DNA of 64,000 bases from Flaccisagitta enflata. Taxonomy: Eukaryota. How positions within the stretch are numbered: position 1 is the first letter of the stretch; every line of letters begins with the position of its first letter. A model generated the notes under the pieces. The model worked only from the letters and a program-made list of their open reading frames with translations. It was not told where the DNA came from and did no database searches. The DNA lies in the NCBI GenBank assembly GCA_965153355.1, contig OZ231126.1, positions 42,842,001 to 42,906,000 of the forward strand. The letters are read 5' to 3'. Of this stretch, positions 52,261-63,443 are shown piece after piece. Both the position numbers and the translations under genes were made by a program.

Positions 52261-53670
52261 GACCGTCCTTGTTTATGTGTCCGTCATATGTCTCTTGTCC
52301 TGTATGCCTCTATCTGTTACCATTGTTATCAGCTCACGTTTGAATTGTGTTATCCTTTACATCCGTCACCATTCAGATCGTATCTAATCGCTTCTGCCAT
52401 TGAATAACTGCCTATCTTGACCCACTGTGCAGGGGACTGCATACCTCGGGTTTCTGAGAATATTTCTATCCAACTAACATCGCGTTGCCAATGTTTAGGC
52501 TGGTGTAGCCTTTTACCATTGAGTTGATCTGTCACTGCATGAAAATTTCATGTTAACCTTCAATTTAGGATAGCCTATAGAATACAAGGCGCTGCTAGCC
52601 AAAGGAAAATTTGATGTCTCTCATCATTAGGAAAATCATTCCCACCATCATGAATTTATTCTCATCCTTACATTTATTCGCACAATAAAACAGTAACTCG
52701 CGCCTTCCATTTCATTCGTTTCCATGACCATAGCTGATAGTGTATAGTATTGTAACATACTAACTAGCATGCCGGCGTAGTAACTGTAGATTATCCCTAC
52801 TAATACATTACCACCTCCCATTACTGCAAGGAAACACGTACCGAAACATGGATCACTACCCTTCTTGGTCGGAGGAATGTGAGATTGACGCCGGGACAAT
52901 GCAAACTAAATTAAATCTCAGAACTCAACAGGAGGTAACATTGTGGTTGACTTGAATTGTACCAAATAGAAGAAATCGTGGATAATCCTTGAATGTGAGT
53001 ATGCATGGGAAGCAATGTTCATGGGAAGCAGTGTTTGAAGTATGATCATGAGGAATTCCACTTCAGAGTTTAATCAGGTACTGGCCATTGTTTGTTAAGA
53101 TTCGTTTGCTTATTTATTTGGTGACAATGCCATTTCATGCCTAATGAAAACCATCTCTGTTATAGGAACTTGCCTGGTCATGGAAGTTCGTTTGTTACGA
53201 TGGAGGCGCCTGTGAACCTGTGAGCTTCACAGCAACTCTGGGATTTGTTAGTAGAATAGCTCGGAGACGGGAAATCAACACAAGAAAGACGACAGTTTTG
53301 TTAACCATCCTGTCCAACAACACCATGCGTTGATTATGAGTTGTTAGTAGATAGAACTGGGATGAATTCCAATGAACAATGAGGACGTTAATAGACCCTT
53401 GAAATGCAGAAGTGAAATTCGATGTATGACGTAGTTCCGTGAAACTTGAGTTCAGTTTGTGATTTAAAAAGCTGAGTGGTAATACAAGGTAACGCATTTA
53501 CAAAAAAAAAAGTTTCCTTTTATAACAGACCTATGCCGAATTCTGTCTGACGCTTTTGTTTGAGATGATGTGTATAAGTGAGGTTCATCTGACAAAGATC
53601 CCGCTCTTGAGTTAATAAGTCATTTGTTACTTTATTGCCAGTTATTTCGCCGTTCCGTTACACTTATCAC

Positions 53671-53699
53671 CTGATTACTCCCCTCCACTTTCCCCTTAG
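53671..53699 (+). promoter_or_regulatory. Candidate splice acceptor upstream of the exonuclease ORF
   Basis: CTGAT branch-like motif, pyrimidine tract CTCCCCTCCACTTTCCCCT, then TAG|G. No ATG between it and 53880. Confidence 0.5.
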
Positions 53700-53879
53700 G
53701 TGTGCTCAGGAAAAATTTGTTTCTCCTTATCGCGGAGTTTGCTAACTAGCATCGAAAAAGTGTATAGTGTGTCAGTCAAAGTGACTTTCTATCGCGATTT
53801 CCAAAGTTACACGCATTCCCTGGGGTAGGGTTAGTTGCGTGGGCCGGGAGGCCATCAGTCAGTGCCGAGCAGCCCCACC

Positions 53880-56800
53880 ATGTCAATCCCAATTTACTCC
53901 AAAACCGGAGGGGTTCCGGAAGCTGGTGCCACATGCACAGCTGGAGTACAGATAGAGGTCGCCGAGGATTTACTCGTGCAAAACCCCAAATTACCCCCAA
54001 TCATTCCCCCAGACACCACAAAATTACCGTGGGGTGGGAAAAAGTACAAACACACTCCACAAAACGACAAAAAACTAACCTCAATCCACGAGGCTCAGCA
54101 AGAAGCCAAATATGACAAACGGATCTGTATGGACAAAGACAAACAACAATACATCAGGGAGTTTAGAGCTGCTAATGCGTTTGGGGGGGTATTGTTGAAG
54201 GAAACTGATAAGTGTCCAAACGCGTTCATCCCAGTTGGTGTTGATACAGAAAATAACGACAGCACACTCCAACTCTCTGTCCACATCCCAAATCATTTCG
54301 GCAAAAACAGACACTTCGAGAGACATGCACTCGTCCAAACCAATACAGCATGTGAGGACAAAGTGCACATCTTCAGCACGGGTGAAACACCACTAAAAAT
54401 TAGGGAATTTTTGCTTAGGCCCAAAAACTTTTATGTCAATGTCAAGGCCAAACAAGACATAGGCGCTATGGCCAAAACCTTTGAATTTGATGCCATCGAA
54501 AAAGAACGTATAGCCTATGTTGAGTTGAAAGATCTTTTCACCTTCGCCATGTGTCTCGCCCAAGACCCGTCTGTCGCACGGCAGTTCTTGGAGAGCAATC
54601 CCGACGTTCACAAGAGTTACGGACGATTTGAAACGGAATTAGGTGAACCTGGCCTAAAACAGGTCGCGCGTTTGGCTTGGCCAGACAAATGTCTCCTAAA
54701 GGTAAGTTTCTTGAGAGACAACACAAACAACTTTGACCTGAAAAAGGGAGAGTTGACACAACTTCAACTCGATTACGGCGTCAATGACGCCAAAGTACCA
54801 CAGGAAGCGGGAAAGGAAATTTCCGAGAGGATGATGGGAATACCGCTGCACTGGTTCATGCGGTTTTATGGTCCGTCTGACAGCAAAACCAACGGGTATC
54901 GGTTTAACCACTTGCTACGTGTGTGTGATGTCCTTGAGGGCGCTAGAGACGCCAACGAACTTGAGCCTATGGAGGAGCGCATTCTTGAGGGCATTGAGGA
55001 AAAATTAAGTAATGGTTTGGCCCAAAAATGCCTCGACAGTCTCAATATTTTGCGCCATTATTGGGCAATGCGCAAAACAACAAACGGCATTTACAAAGCG
55101 AGTAGAGAAGGCACCAATATGGCCGTGGTTACGGGCCCCATTCATCCCCGCACAAAAGCCCTTATGGAAGCTGCAAATAGGCCTTATGTCAGCCGTGTGA
55201 GACGCGGAACGCCGATGGTTTTGGCAATTTCCGCGACGGACGCACCGACGGACCAAACGTGTTCCACAGAAGAGCCCTCAGATGGCAAAAAGCGTTCGTG
55301 GAAACACGATAAGGATAACGTCGACATTTCAGGTGAGGAAAGTGATGATTGTATCATTGAAACTGACCTTACCAAAGATGATAACGTCCCAGAGGAAATG
55401 CAGACGGACGAACACGGCCAAACAGACACTCTTTCTGAGATTCCTGACGCCAATCAGTCAAACGTCACAATAACCATTTCTTCCACCCCAACTCAATCAG
55501 GTCTTTCGGTAACCGAGGTAACCTCTAGCATAGTTGCGGGAGCGGAGTTGCCGACTCTTGCTGACCCGGATAGAAGTAGCGAGATAGTCTTAGGCCATAG
55601 TACTTCGGAGACCGGAGCCATTCCAAAAACAGGTACTGTGGTAAAAATCGTTGAGCCAATCAGGGGTGGGGTTGAAAATTTTGTAAATGACGAGTATCTT
55701 GAGATGATTGAAGTTGGAAATCCTAAAGGTAATGGGCAATCTTTGAAAAAAGTCTTAAGTTGCGTAAGTAATATGAACGTGGTGCAACAAAAATTGGTTA
55801 CCATCTCGCAAAGCGGTTGCTTAAATGATGGAGGAAGCAGCAAACCAAAACGTTACAGTCTCATTGATCTCGCCAAAAATATGGACGGTATCAAATCAGT
55901 TGCAAAAAGACGTCTTTCTAGATCTTTCATGGGTCCAACTATTAGCCGTAACAACGTTAACTCTTCCTCTTCCTCCTCTCAATCTCTTTCTACAGACGTC
56001 ACGCGCGAACCGACTAAAATTTGTGCCAATGATCAGTCCGTTTGTCACACTGCCCAAAGTGTCGGTCCGTCTGTCAGTCAAGATGCACGTCAAAAGATCA
56101 GTTGCGCTGACAACCAAAACCTCAGCAGAATTCCAACCAACAGCAGTCAGTCAGTCAACCAACAAGCCAATCAGTCACTCAATCGGCAAAATTCCAACCA
56201 ACCGATAAACCAGAGAATTGGCCAAAAAAGAGCCCCACCCGCACAGCGACCTCGTCTAGGTCCAGTTGCGCCAAAACGAGGTAAAGTAGAAAGTGAGAGA
56301 GAGAGACTTGAGAGAGAGAACCATGAAAAAGTCATGAACGGCGTTGAATGGGTTTCTAGGACGAGGATGACCGTCCAAGCAGCAGTAAACTCATTTTTTG
56401 TGTCTGATGATGCGTTGTTTTTGGAAAATTGTGTAAAATTTGCGCGTGAGTATAGGCTCAAGCTTGACATCAGCAAAAGCTCCAAAAATGATTTCATTAG
56501 ACAGTTAGTGAGGAGTTTGGGCGGAGAGATACAGCAGAGATTCGTCAAAAAAGTCTTAGACGAAAATGTGTTTGAGTCTGGACCATTACATGCCGTTTTG
56601 AAAATGGCTTGGAACGACATGGTCCCGGCGGAAGTCCTATTGGACTCTTTCCTGCGAAAAGTCGACGAGAATGATTTGATCAAGGCCATCAAAATGTTCG
56701 AGAGGCACGAATTGACGCGCGTGCTCAGAAAACTGGCAGTGAAATTCGGGAATAGCGCCGTCCTCGTGCAGTGGTTGAAAGAGTTCAGCTTTTTCGGTAA

Positions 56801-57773
56801 TGTGAGGGTTGAACAAGTGGAGAGATACTTTACGTTTGCCAGAGTCAAGTATTTCTTACAAAAGTTGATCAAGGAAGGAAAGAGCCTTGTCCCGGATGAA
56901 GCCCGGTTTCTTTTCTTTGATTTTTTTCTCCACCCATTCCTCAAAGCCTATCACCGTAAGGAAGTAGAGCCACGCGATTTTTATATCGCCATTAAGGGAA
57001 GAATCGGAGACGACGAGGCCCTGATGGATTCTTGCATCAGGCAGGTAATGACCAAGTCCGTCTGGTTAGGCTCGTACTTGGAGGCTAAGGAAGGTAGACC
57101 AGCGACTGCAGAAGCAATGGGTGGTCCCCCCGGGTGCGCTCAACCCTACAACCGCCCCCTTCACGCATTGGCGCCAGGGAAGGAATTGATGATGACATGT
57201 AAAAAGGATGTATCTAACTTAAAGGATTATTTGGATGACGCCCTTTACTACGCCATGGACACTCATGATACGAATCAGTACGACGGCACGTTAGTCCTTG
57301 ATTTCGTCTCATTCAGGTTTAGGAAAAAGGTTTTCCATTATTTGCCGGCAGTGTACCCGCAACTTGCGAGATCGATCGGCAAGGCTCTTGCCAAATACGA
57401 CAGGGTGTGCGTGATGTTTTATCCCGACCGTCACGGTAAGCATTTTGAGCAATTGTTTGGCGATGTACCGTCAAGAGTAGTTGACGTTAGGTCCATCGCA
57501 GAAAGTATCGGATGTGAGCAGACGCTGAACGGCATCTCGAATGACGTCACCGGCGGTGACCTTTGTCGGCGTGGAGCGAATTTCTCCGCATCGGTTCAAC
57601 CATCAGTGGAGGCAGTGGTGCATAGAGTCTATAGAGTCAGTCTGTTTTTTGAATTTGCATGGAAGAATTTCCGACTGGGGTTGAAGGAAATGGCAAGAGA
57701 ATTGAGGCGTGAAGCGGATGAAGCCCGCGAAGGACGCGATGGCGCTAGTAGTAGCCGCATGATGCAAGAGTAG
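53880..57773 (+). CDS. Intronless ~1297 aa protein: N-terminal DEDDy 3'-5' exonuclease (WRN/EXD2/mut-7-like fold), disordered linker, helical region, second degenerate exonuclease-like domain
   Basis: ExoI VGVDTE, LQLS, ExoII VNVKAKQD, YVELKDL, GLKQVA, ExoIII LTQLQLDYGVNDA. C-terminal YAMDTH...VVDVRSIA...TLNGISNDVTGGDLC echoes the same motif order. First ATG at 53880 in CCACCATG context (track ORF starts at TTG 53835). Confidence 0.85.
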   Translation: MSIPIYSKTGGVPEAGATCTAGVQIEVAEDLLVQNPKLPPIIPPDTTKLPWGGKKYKHTPQNDKKLTSIHEAQQEAKYDKRICMDKDKQQYIREFRAANAFGGVLLKETDKCPNAFIPVGVDTENNDSTLQLSVHIPNHFGKNRHFERHALVQTNTACEDKVHIFSTGETPLKIREFLLRPKNFYVNVKAKQDIGAMAKTFEFDAIEKERIAYVELKDLFTFAMCLAQDPSVARQFLESNPDVHKSYGRFETELGEPGLKQVARLAWPDKCLLKVSFLRDNTNNFDLKKGELTQLQLDYGVNDAKVPQEAGKEISERMMGIPLHWFMRFYGPSDSKTNGYRFNHLLRVCDVLEGARDANELEPMEERILEGIEEKLSNGLAQKCLDSLNILRHYWAMRKTTNGIYKASREGTNMAVVTGPIHPRTKALMEAANRPYVSRVRRGTPMVLAISATDAPTDQTCSTEEPSDGKKRSWKHDKDNVDISGEESDDCIIETDLTKDDNVPEEMQTDEHGQTDTLSEIPDANQSNVTITISSTPTQSGLSVTEVTSSIVAGAELPTLADPDRSSEIVLGHSTSETGAIPKTGTVVKIVEPIRGGVENFVNDEYLEMIEVGNPKGNGQSLKKVLSCVSNMNVVQQKLVTISQSGCLNDGGSSKPKRYSLIDLAKNMDGIKSVAKRRLSRSFMGPTISRNNVNSSSSSSQSLSTDVTREPTKICANDQSVCHTAQSVGPSVSQDARQKISCADNQNLSRIPTNSSQSVNQQANQSLNRQNSNQPINQRIGQKRAPPAQRPRLGPVAPKRGKVESERERLERENHEKVMNGVEWVSRTRMTVQAAVNSFFVSDDALFLENCVKFAREYRLKLDISKSSKNDFIRQLVRSLGGEIQQRFVKKVLDENVFESGPLHAVLKMAWNDMVPAEVLLDSFLRKVDENDLIKAIKMFERHELTRVLRKLAVKFGNSAVLVQWLKEFSFFGNVRVEQVERYFTFARVKYFLQKLIKEGKSLVPDEARFLFFDFFLHPFLKAYHRKEVEPRDFYIAIKGRIGDDEALMDSCIRQVMTKSVWLGSYLEAKEGRPATAEAMGGPPGCAQPYNRPLHALAPGKELMMTCKKDVSNLKDYLDDALYYAMDTHDTNQYDGTLVLDFVSFRFRKKVFHYLPAVYPQLARSIGKALAKYDRVCVMFYPDRHGKHFEQLFGDVPSRVVDVRSIAESIGCEQTLNGISNDVTGGDLCRRGANFSASVQPSVEAVVHRVYRVSLFFEFAWKNFRLGLKEMARELRREADEAREGRDGASSSRMMQE

Positions 57774-59044
57774 TGAGGCGTCGAGACGGTCTTGCGGAGA
57801 GTCGACTTGAGTAGACGTCGCTTGAGGGGTGAAGACCGGTAGGAGCTCACGGCGTTGTTCCAGAGCGGCCTCGTTCGCGTTCTACCGCCGGAAACATAAC
57901 CTAGACTTTTGTCAGTGTGGATACGTCGTCGTAGTAATGAAGCTTTTATGTGAGGCGCGAAAGGTCGTCGATGTTCTTGTCTCTTTTCTTACGTCGTTTC
58001 ATCGATTACCGGTTTTGTTTTCTTACCGTTTCTATGTGGTTTTTTTTTCGTATTTAGTTATCATCATCGTTTCACGATTTGCATTTCCGATTCTTTTTCA
58101 TAACTCTTATTACGATCTGCCTATGATAGTCGCCGTGGCCGTTAGTAGCATCGTCATCGTCGTTGCTTAAAACACTTTTCTTTCTTTTTTTTATGCCGTG
58201 TATGTCGTTTTTTTTTCCGCGCGGATGCTGTATAGTCGTGTTCTTACTATATTGTTGTTGCTTACGCTACTTGCATTATTTGCGTTACTTACGTTTTTTT
58301 TTTTCGTTGACTTTTTTTCCCGCGGTAGTCGTTATCGTCATTATCGTCGCGCGTTTACGGTTCTCTCCTATTTAGTCAACTGCCGTAGTCGCCGTTGTTG
58401 TCTTCGTGACGATCGTGGTTGTTGCATGTGGTCAGTTGTTTTTTTTTCATTCGATCATTTACCGATGCAGGATGCAACATTTGGGTGGTCCCTGCGGTTT
58501 CGAGACCCAGGGCCGTCGTTCTATCACCCACAATCGAATCATCCTAGATACATACATGCGTACATGTTCTCTTTTCCGATATTTTTGCGTTCGCGCGCGA
58601 TGTCAGTTACCGCCAGAAATTCTTTTTTCTCGTATGATCATGTGTCCCGATGCAGATTTGGTTTCTTCTCCGATATATAAAAGCAACACGCGATATCCGT
58701 TGCCGTTGATAGTATTTTCTTTTTTTTCATGATCATGTGCATCATTACCTCGTCGTCGTCGCGGTTGGATTGTGTAGTAGTTTTTTATCTTTCCTGATTA
58801 TTTACCGTCGCCGTTGATTCCTTTTTTTTTCGCGTTTATGATTGTAACGGCTTCCCCTCATTTCCTTTTTTTCGCATATTGAGCGCTTATGCGCCATTAG
58901 ATTCGTCGTCGTTTTCTTTTCTTTTTCTCACCCACTAACTCGGTGGTTTCCGTAGTGGTGGTTGTTGTCGTTCGTTGACGTTGTGGTTGTTTTTTTTTAG
59001 TCTATTTCGACGCAGGATTTAGTCTGCGGACAGCCTATAGCGTC

Positions 59045-59053
59045 GAGGGGAAG
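59045..59053 (+). other. Polypurine tract
   Basis: GAGGGGAAG followed by TG-TGTTACA. Confidence 0.65.
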
Positions 59054-59055
59054 TG

Positions 59056-59595
59056 TGTTACAGGTAGAATATTGTGTGGAGGCGACAACGGATATCGGTA
59101 GATGGACGATGGCGCTATGATGGATCTAAGGACGATTAGAATCATGGATGAAGATTGAAGTTATATATGAGTTATATTTCGATTGCGTTTAAGTCGTATA
59201 TGAGTCTTGATCCATATTGTTATTGATATTTATATAAACGATCGATTCTTATACTATTGCTTGTGCGCATAACATTTGTTATATTTCTCTTTCTCCCTTT
59301 AGATATTAGATATATGCCTGAGGCTTTAATGATAGTGTTTTGGGTCGTCTATTGGAATCGTGGTACACTACTTGTTGCTTCTTGATTTCCAGAGCCATAA
59401 TACATATACATAGTGCCAGTTGTTGATGAATGCTTACGTGGAACTATCGGAGACACGTTGTGTAAAGACTTGATGAGATACTATCTGACTTTCATAGTCG
59501 TGTGATAACAAGCGTCAGTGGATGGACGCATACTGGCCTTTGCACTCACTCGATATGTCGACGCTCTGAAGGTAAGGGGAAAATATCCTCTTACA
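59056..59595 (+). repeat. Putative 3' LTR (540 bp)
   Basis: Starts TGTTACAGG two bases after the PPT and ends CCTCTTACA (reverse complement TGTAAGAGG, 7/9 match). Contains TATATAAA near 59231. No second copy in the window. Confidence 0.7.
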
Positions 59596-61232
59596 AGTGT
59601 GACCAACCAACCGACCGACGGACAAAGTGGGTTGTAGAGTCGCGTGCACGCGACTAAAAACGTGAATCGATGTCAGATGCTAATTTTCAAAAAAATGGGT
59701 CAGCTTTTTTATTCGTTTTTGGCCCCAACCTTAAGGAGACATGGTAATTTTTTTCTTCCTGATACATGATGTATAAAACTACATTCACTTTCTTCAAAGG
59801 GACTTTTTCTAGCTCAAAACGAGATCATAAAGACGTCATAAACATGGACTGTAATGCGCTCCTCAGATTGACTTTTTCAGAGAACCACGCTGAATGCGCT
59901 AGAACATGTCAGGCCATTTGACAGTAAAAGTCTAAAAATGATTGGTGCCGCCATGAGTGAAAGTAGTTACTGGACAGGGGAGATGACACACAAAAAATCA
60001 AGACGCCTGGAAACCTTTTCTTGTACTTTTCAAGACCAGTAATGGGCAGAAACTTATTTTGGTGGTATAGTTATTTCCTAGGTAGTAAGGCTGAGATTTT
60101 AGCCTTGAGGCCTCGACATGAGCCTTGAGGCTGGAATTTGTTTCATAGGGAATGGGCGGAGAAAAAAGACAAGAAGAATAAAAACAAATTCCCCATATGT
60201 GAGACAACATAGGACATCAGCCACTTCGGGGACGTTGCCCGAAAATGGAATGCTCTTCGGATTGAACACATTTATCCACTTGTGCACTGAATGATATCAA
60301 GGCAAAATTTGCTAAAAAAGCTTCAAAGGGAAAGCTAAGCTCAAGCTAAATACTCATTTGCATCCATAATCATCCGTTCACAAATATCGCAATTGCTGGT
60401 GGATTTTGCGAAAAGTCCTCACTCGAGGCTATATAACGCAGCTTCGTGGTTTCATCAAGCCTCTTACTCAATCTTTTCACTGACTTCATTACAATAAATC
60501 TTTCATCATTTTCTTTGTCTTTTCGTTAAAGCTTGCAAAGCACTACTTCTTTTCGATGTCGCCTCGGCTGTGTACATGATATTCATGCGCTTCTTAGATG
60601 GGATTGAGTAGTAATGTTGTCTAACTTTCATATGCAACGCTAGATTTCGCCTTTCGCTGGGATTCATTTTGTCACTTGCAGTATAAAGGGATAGCAAAAG
60701 CGGCGTAATGACATTGTTCCCTGTCTGTTTCAGTTAGTAGGTTAGTGAGAGAAAAGAAACTTATCAAAGATGGCGATATCGTGGGCGATTTTGTAGATAA
60801 ATGATTTCATTTTGAGATTACGTCAAACCATGTCAGGCAGAGTCGAGCAGAGACCGCAAAGTCGTAGTCAGGAATTCATACACAGGCAGAGGACAGCAGC
60901 CAGCCTGAGTCAGGCTGAGTCACGGAGTTCAGCAGAGTAAGGCAAAGTTAGGCAAAGTCTGCAAGTGTCAGGCAGGGTCAGGCAGAGTCAAGCAATAGTC
61001 AGAGGCAGAGTCTGTAAATGTCAGGCAGAGTCAGGCTGTCTAACGTATCTTATATCGATGCTTGCGTGGGAACGAAAGGATTATAAGACGGCCCAAGTGA
61101 AGGACGTGGGAGGAATGCCGATAGCCGATCTACGATGCTGCGTGGTTTATAAACGCCAAATGTAATCAATTTGGCGCTTTCTATACAGAGAGAGAGAGAG
61201 AGAGAGAGGCAGAGGCAGAGGCAGAGACGGAC

Positions 61233-61301
<69 letters not shown>

Positions 61302-62239
61302 GTCAGACAGACAGATAAATGGTTAGACGCAGAGAAACACAAGTACGCAGATACTGAATATGATAAATCAGTGTATAAACAGTGCGGAATTAGTGGGACT
61401 GAGAGCTGGGAGATGGAGCTAACTTGGATGAAATAGAACAAATACCGCGGGGTGACGATATTGTCATGGACGGACGGGCGTGGGTATCTAACTCACTTTC
61501 ACTCACACAGACACAAAAATGATCACAACCGCGGCATGGAAATTGTGCGGTTTTACACTTTTTATCTCAACTGGGACCCACAGATCGACCAACGGACCGA
61601 CAGACCAACGGGCGGACCGATGGAAAGACAGAGAGATAAAGCCTATGATAGAGCCACTGGTCCGCCACTAAAAAGTTGATGGACATGGAAACAAAACAAA
61701 ATGAAATAAACTAGCCTTTGTTTACATGTGTTTGTACTGTTTGTAACACGCAAGTTGATGAATATCATTTGCAAGAGGAAAAAAAATCAATATCTTTAGG
61801 CGCGTGCACGCGACTCTAAAAGTCACTATGCCTGTCGGACGATCTATCAGTTGGTCTAATGATCAGTCTGTAAGACCGTTGGTCCATTGGTCAGTCTGTC
61901 GGTCTGTAACACTTTTATTTTTATTTTATGGATAGTTTTTGCATTACTGCTTAGTCAGCCTTTTTTATCACTGCCCCTGCTCACTCGCACTTGACTTTGG
62001 TGGTCGTGTATCCGGCTTTGTTTTCATCAAAACAGAGGAGCCATAGAGGCCGGCCAGAATATAGGGTTCACGTGCAATGTTAGATCGATTTAGCTTCTTA
62101 CGATGTCTATGGTGTCTCTTTCATAACATACGGTTATTTTTCTATTGGCTAAGGTGGGATTATACTGTTCTTGTCTGCAACCGGATATCGGGTAAAGTAA
62201 GTCGTCAAAAGGAATGAGGTTTTTCACTGAGATGACCTA

Positions 62240-62748
62240 CAGTAGATGTCGTCTAGACTTGGAAATACGGGGGCCCTCATATCCTAACTACCATTTGCGC
62301 CAATGAAATGAAACTGTGTCTGTATAATGCTTATGTCCTATAGGGTTGACGATGAGGTATGGCAGCTCTGGGGATAGAAAATTCTTTTGAATATACTGAA
62401 ACAAATTTGCTTTGCTCAAACAGCTGCCAGAATTGGTCTTGTGGTTAACTCACTTGACTTCAAATCCCTCTGGATTAATTTCTTTCTTTAGAAGTTCCGG
62501 GTTCGAATCCCGGGCTGGTTTTGCAATTAAAGCAAATAGATGAAGCTGAAATTCTGCCATAAAAGTGATTGATCCTAATATTTTATACTAAAAGTTTTTT
62601 TTGTAAGGTAAGCCGTAGGGGGATGCCATACCGCATTATCAACACCTTAGGGTCTATACATTACACTAGCAAAATATCAGTCCCCTCACTGTACTGATGC
62701 TGAGGTTATGAGCTCCCCCGTATTTCCAAGTCTAGACGACATCTACTG
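62240..62748. mobile_element. MITE, TA TSD, containing a tRNA-like segment
   Basis: TA|CAGTAGATGTCGTCTAGACTTGGAAATACGGGGG...CCCCCGTATTTCCAAGTCTAGACGACATCTACTG|TA. Confidence 0.9.
62426..62519 (+). pseudogene. tRNA-derived segment (pseudo-tRNA or SINE head)
   Basis: A-box-like TGGTCTTGTGG, GACTTCAAATCC, T-arm CCGGGTTCGAATCCCGG (B box), GCCAG...CTGGT ends. D and anticodon stems pair poorly. Confidence 0.5.
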
Positions 62749-63105
62749 TATCACAATCCGAAAGAATGGAGGAAAAGGCCGGACACACATGTCGCGTGTG
62801 GGTAGGCAGGGGAAGTAGCAGAATTGGTCAAAAAATCATTTGGGCAGGGGCAGTGAAGCAACAAATCGTGAATGTTATTCTTCTGAGTACTGGCAGATGG
62901 ACCGGCAGACCGACATACCGACATACCGACCGAGAGACCGAGAGACCGAAATACCGATCGACCGAAATACCGATCGACACAGCGGGCTAAAGAATCGCGC
63001 GCTTGCAACAAAAAATAGTCCAAGCCCGTATAATATGGACATGGCCGTTATCGAGCTCCGATAACTGTAAGACTCAGTGGATGGAGCCAGTAGTGAAAAG
63101 TCCTT

Positions 63106-63443
63106 AACAAGCCCGACCGGGCAAAGATGCGTCCGGACTGTGTCTCTGCGTGTATTGTTATTGATCATGTGACATATATGGAGAGACAGATGGACGAACA
63201 GACGGCTGAAACGACTGAGTAGTAGGGCAGGCTCTCAAAACACGTTGGTTGATCATTTGTTTCAGTATAGGATCTCACTGTGGCCAAAAACAGCCGAGAA
63301 ACGCGGTTTACGCACAGGCGTAACGGACCGACCGACGGACGGACGGACCGACGGACGGACGGACCGACGGACGGACGGACCGACGGACGGACCGACGGAC
63401 GGACAGACCCTCTTATAGAGATGCGTTCCTGACGGACGCATCT
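63106..63443 (-). mobile_element. HINE-like element, distinct family
   Basis: On the minus strand: 5' TAGATGCGTCC..ACGCATCT palindrome, (GTCC)n, subterminal GGACGCATCT, 3' hairpin GCCCG-GT-CGGGC then TTGTT. Confidence 0.75.

Larger units (their letters stand above)
51960..59595 (+). mobile_element. 5'-truncated LTR retrotransposon (BEL/Pao-like, tentative) with an extra exonuclease ORF
   Basis: A ~7.6 kb island free of the repeats that fill the rest of the window. Pol-tail-like remnant at the left, long T-rich 3' UTR, PPT GAGGGGAAG, then TG..CA LTR. Immediately after the LTR is the truncated half of a HINE-like repeat, as expected for an insertion site. Confidence 0.7.

Noticed and set aside
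56171-56944. 257-aa minus-strand ORF
   Set aside because: Antisense to the exonuclease ORF, with no independent evidence.
53880-57773. Host WRN, EXD2 or mut-7/EXD3 gene
   Set aside because: Intronless, no helicase or other expected companion domains recognised, and followed by PPT plus LTR. No gene symbol assigned.
62426-62519. Functional tRNA-Sec or opal suppressor
   Set aside because: TCA loop is present but acceptor, D and anticodon stems do not pair properly, and it lies within a MITE.
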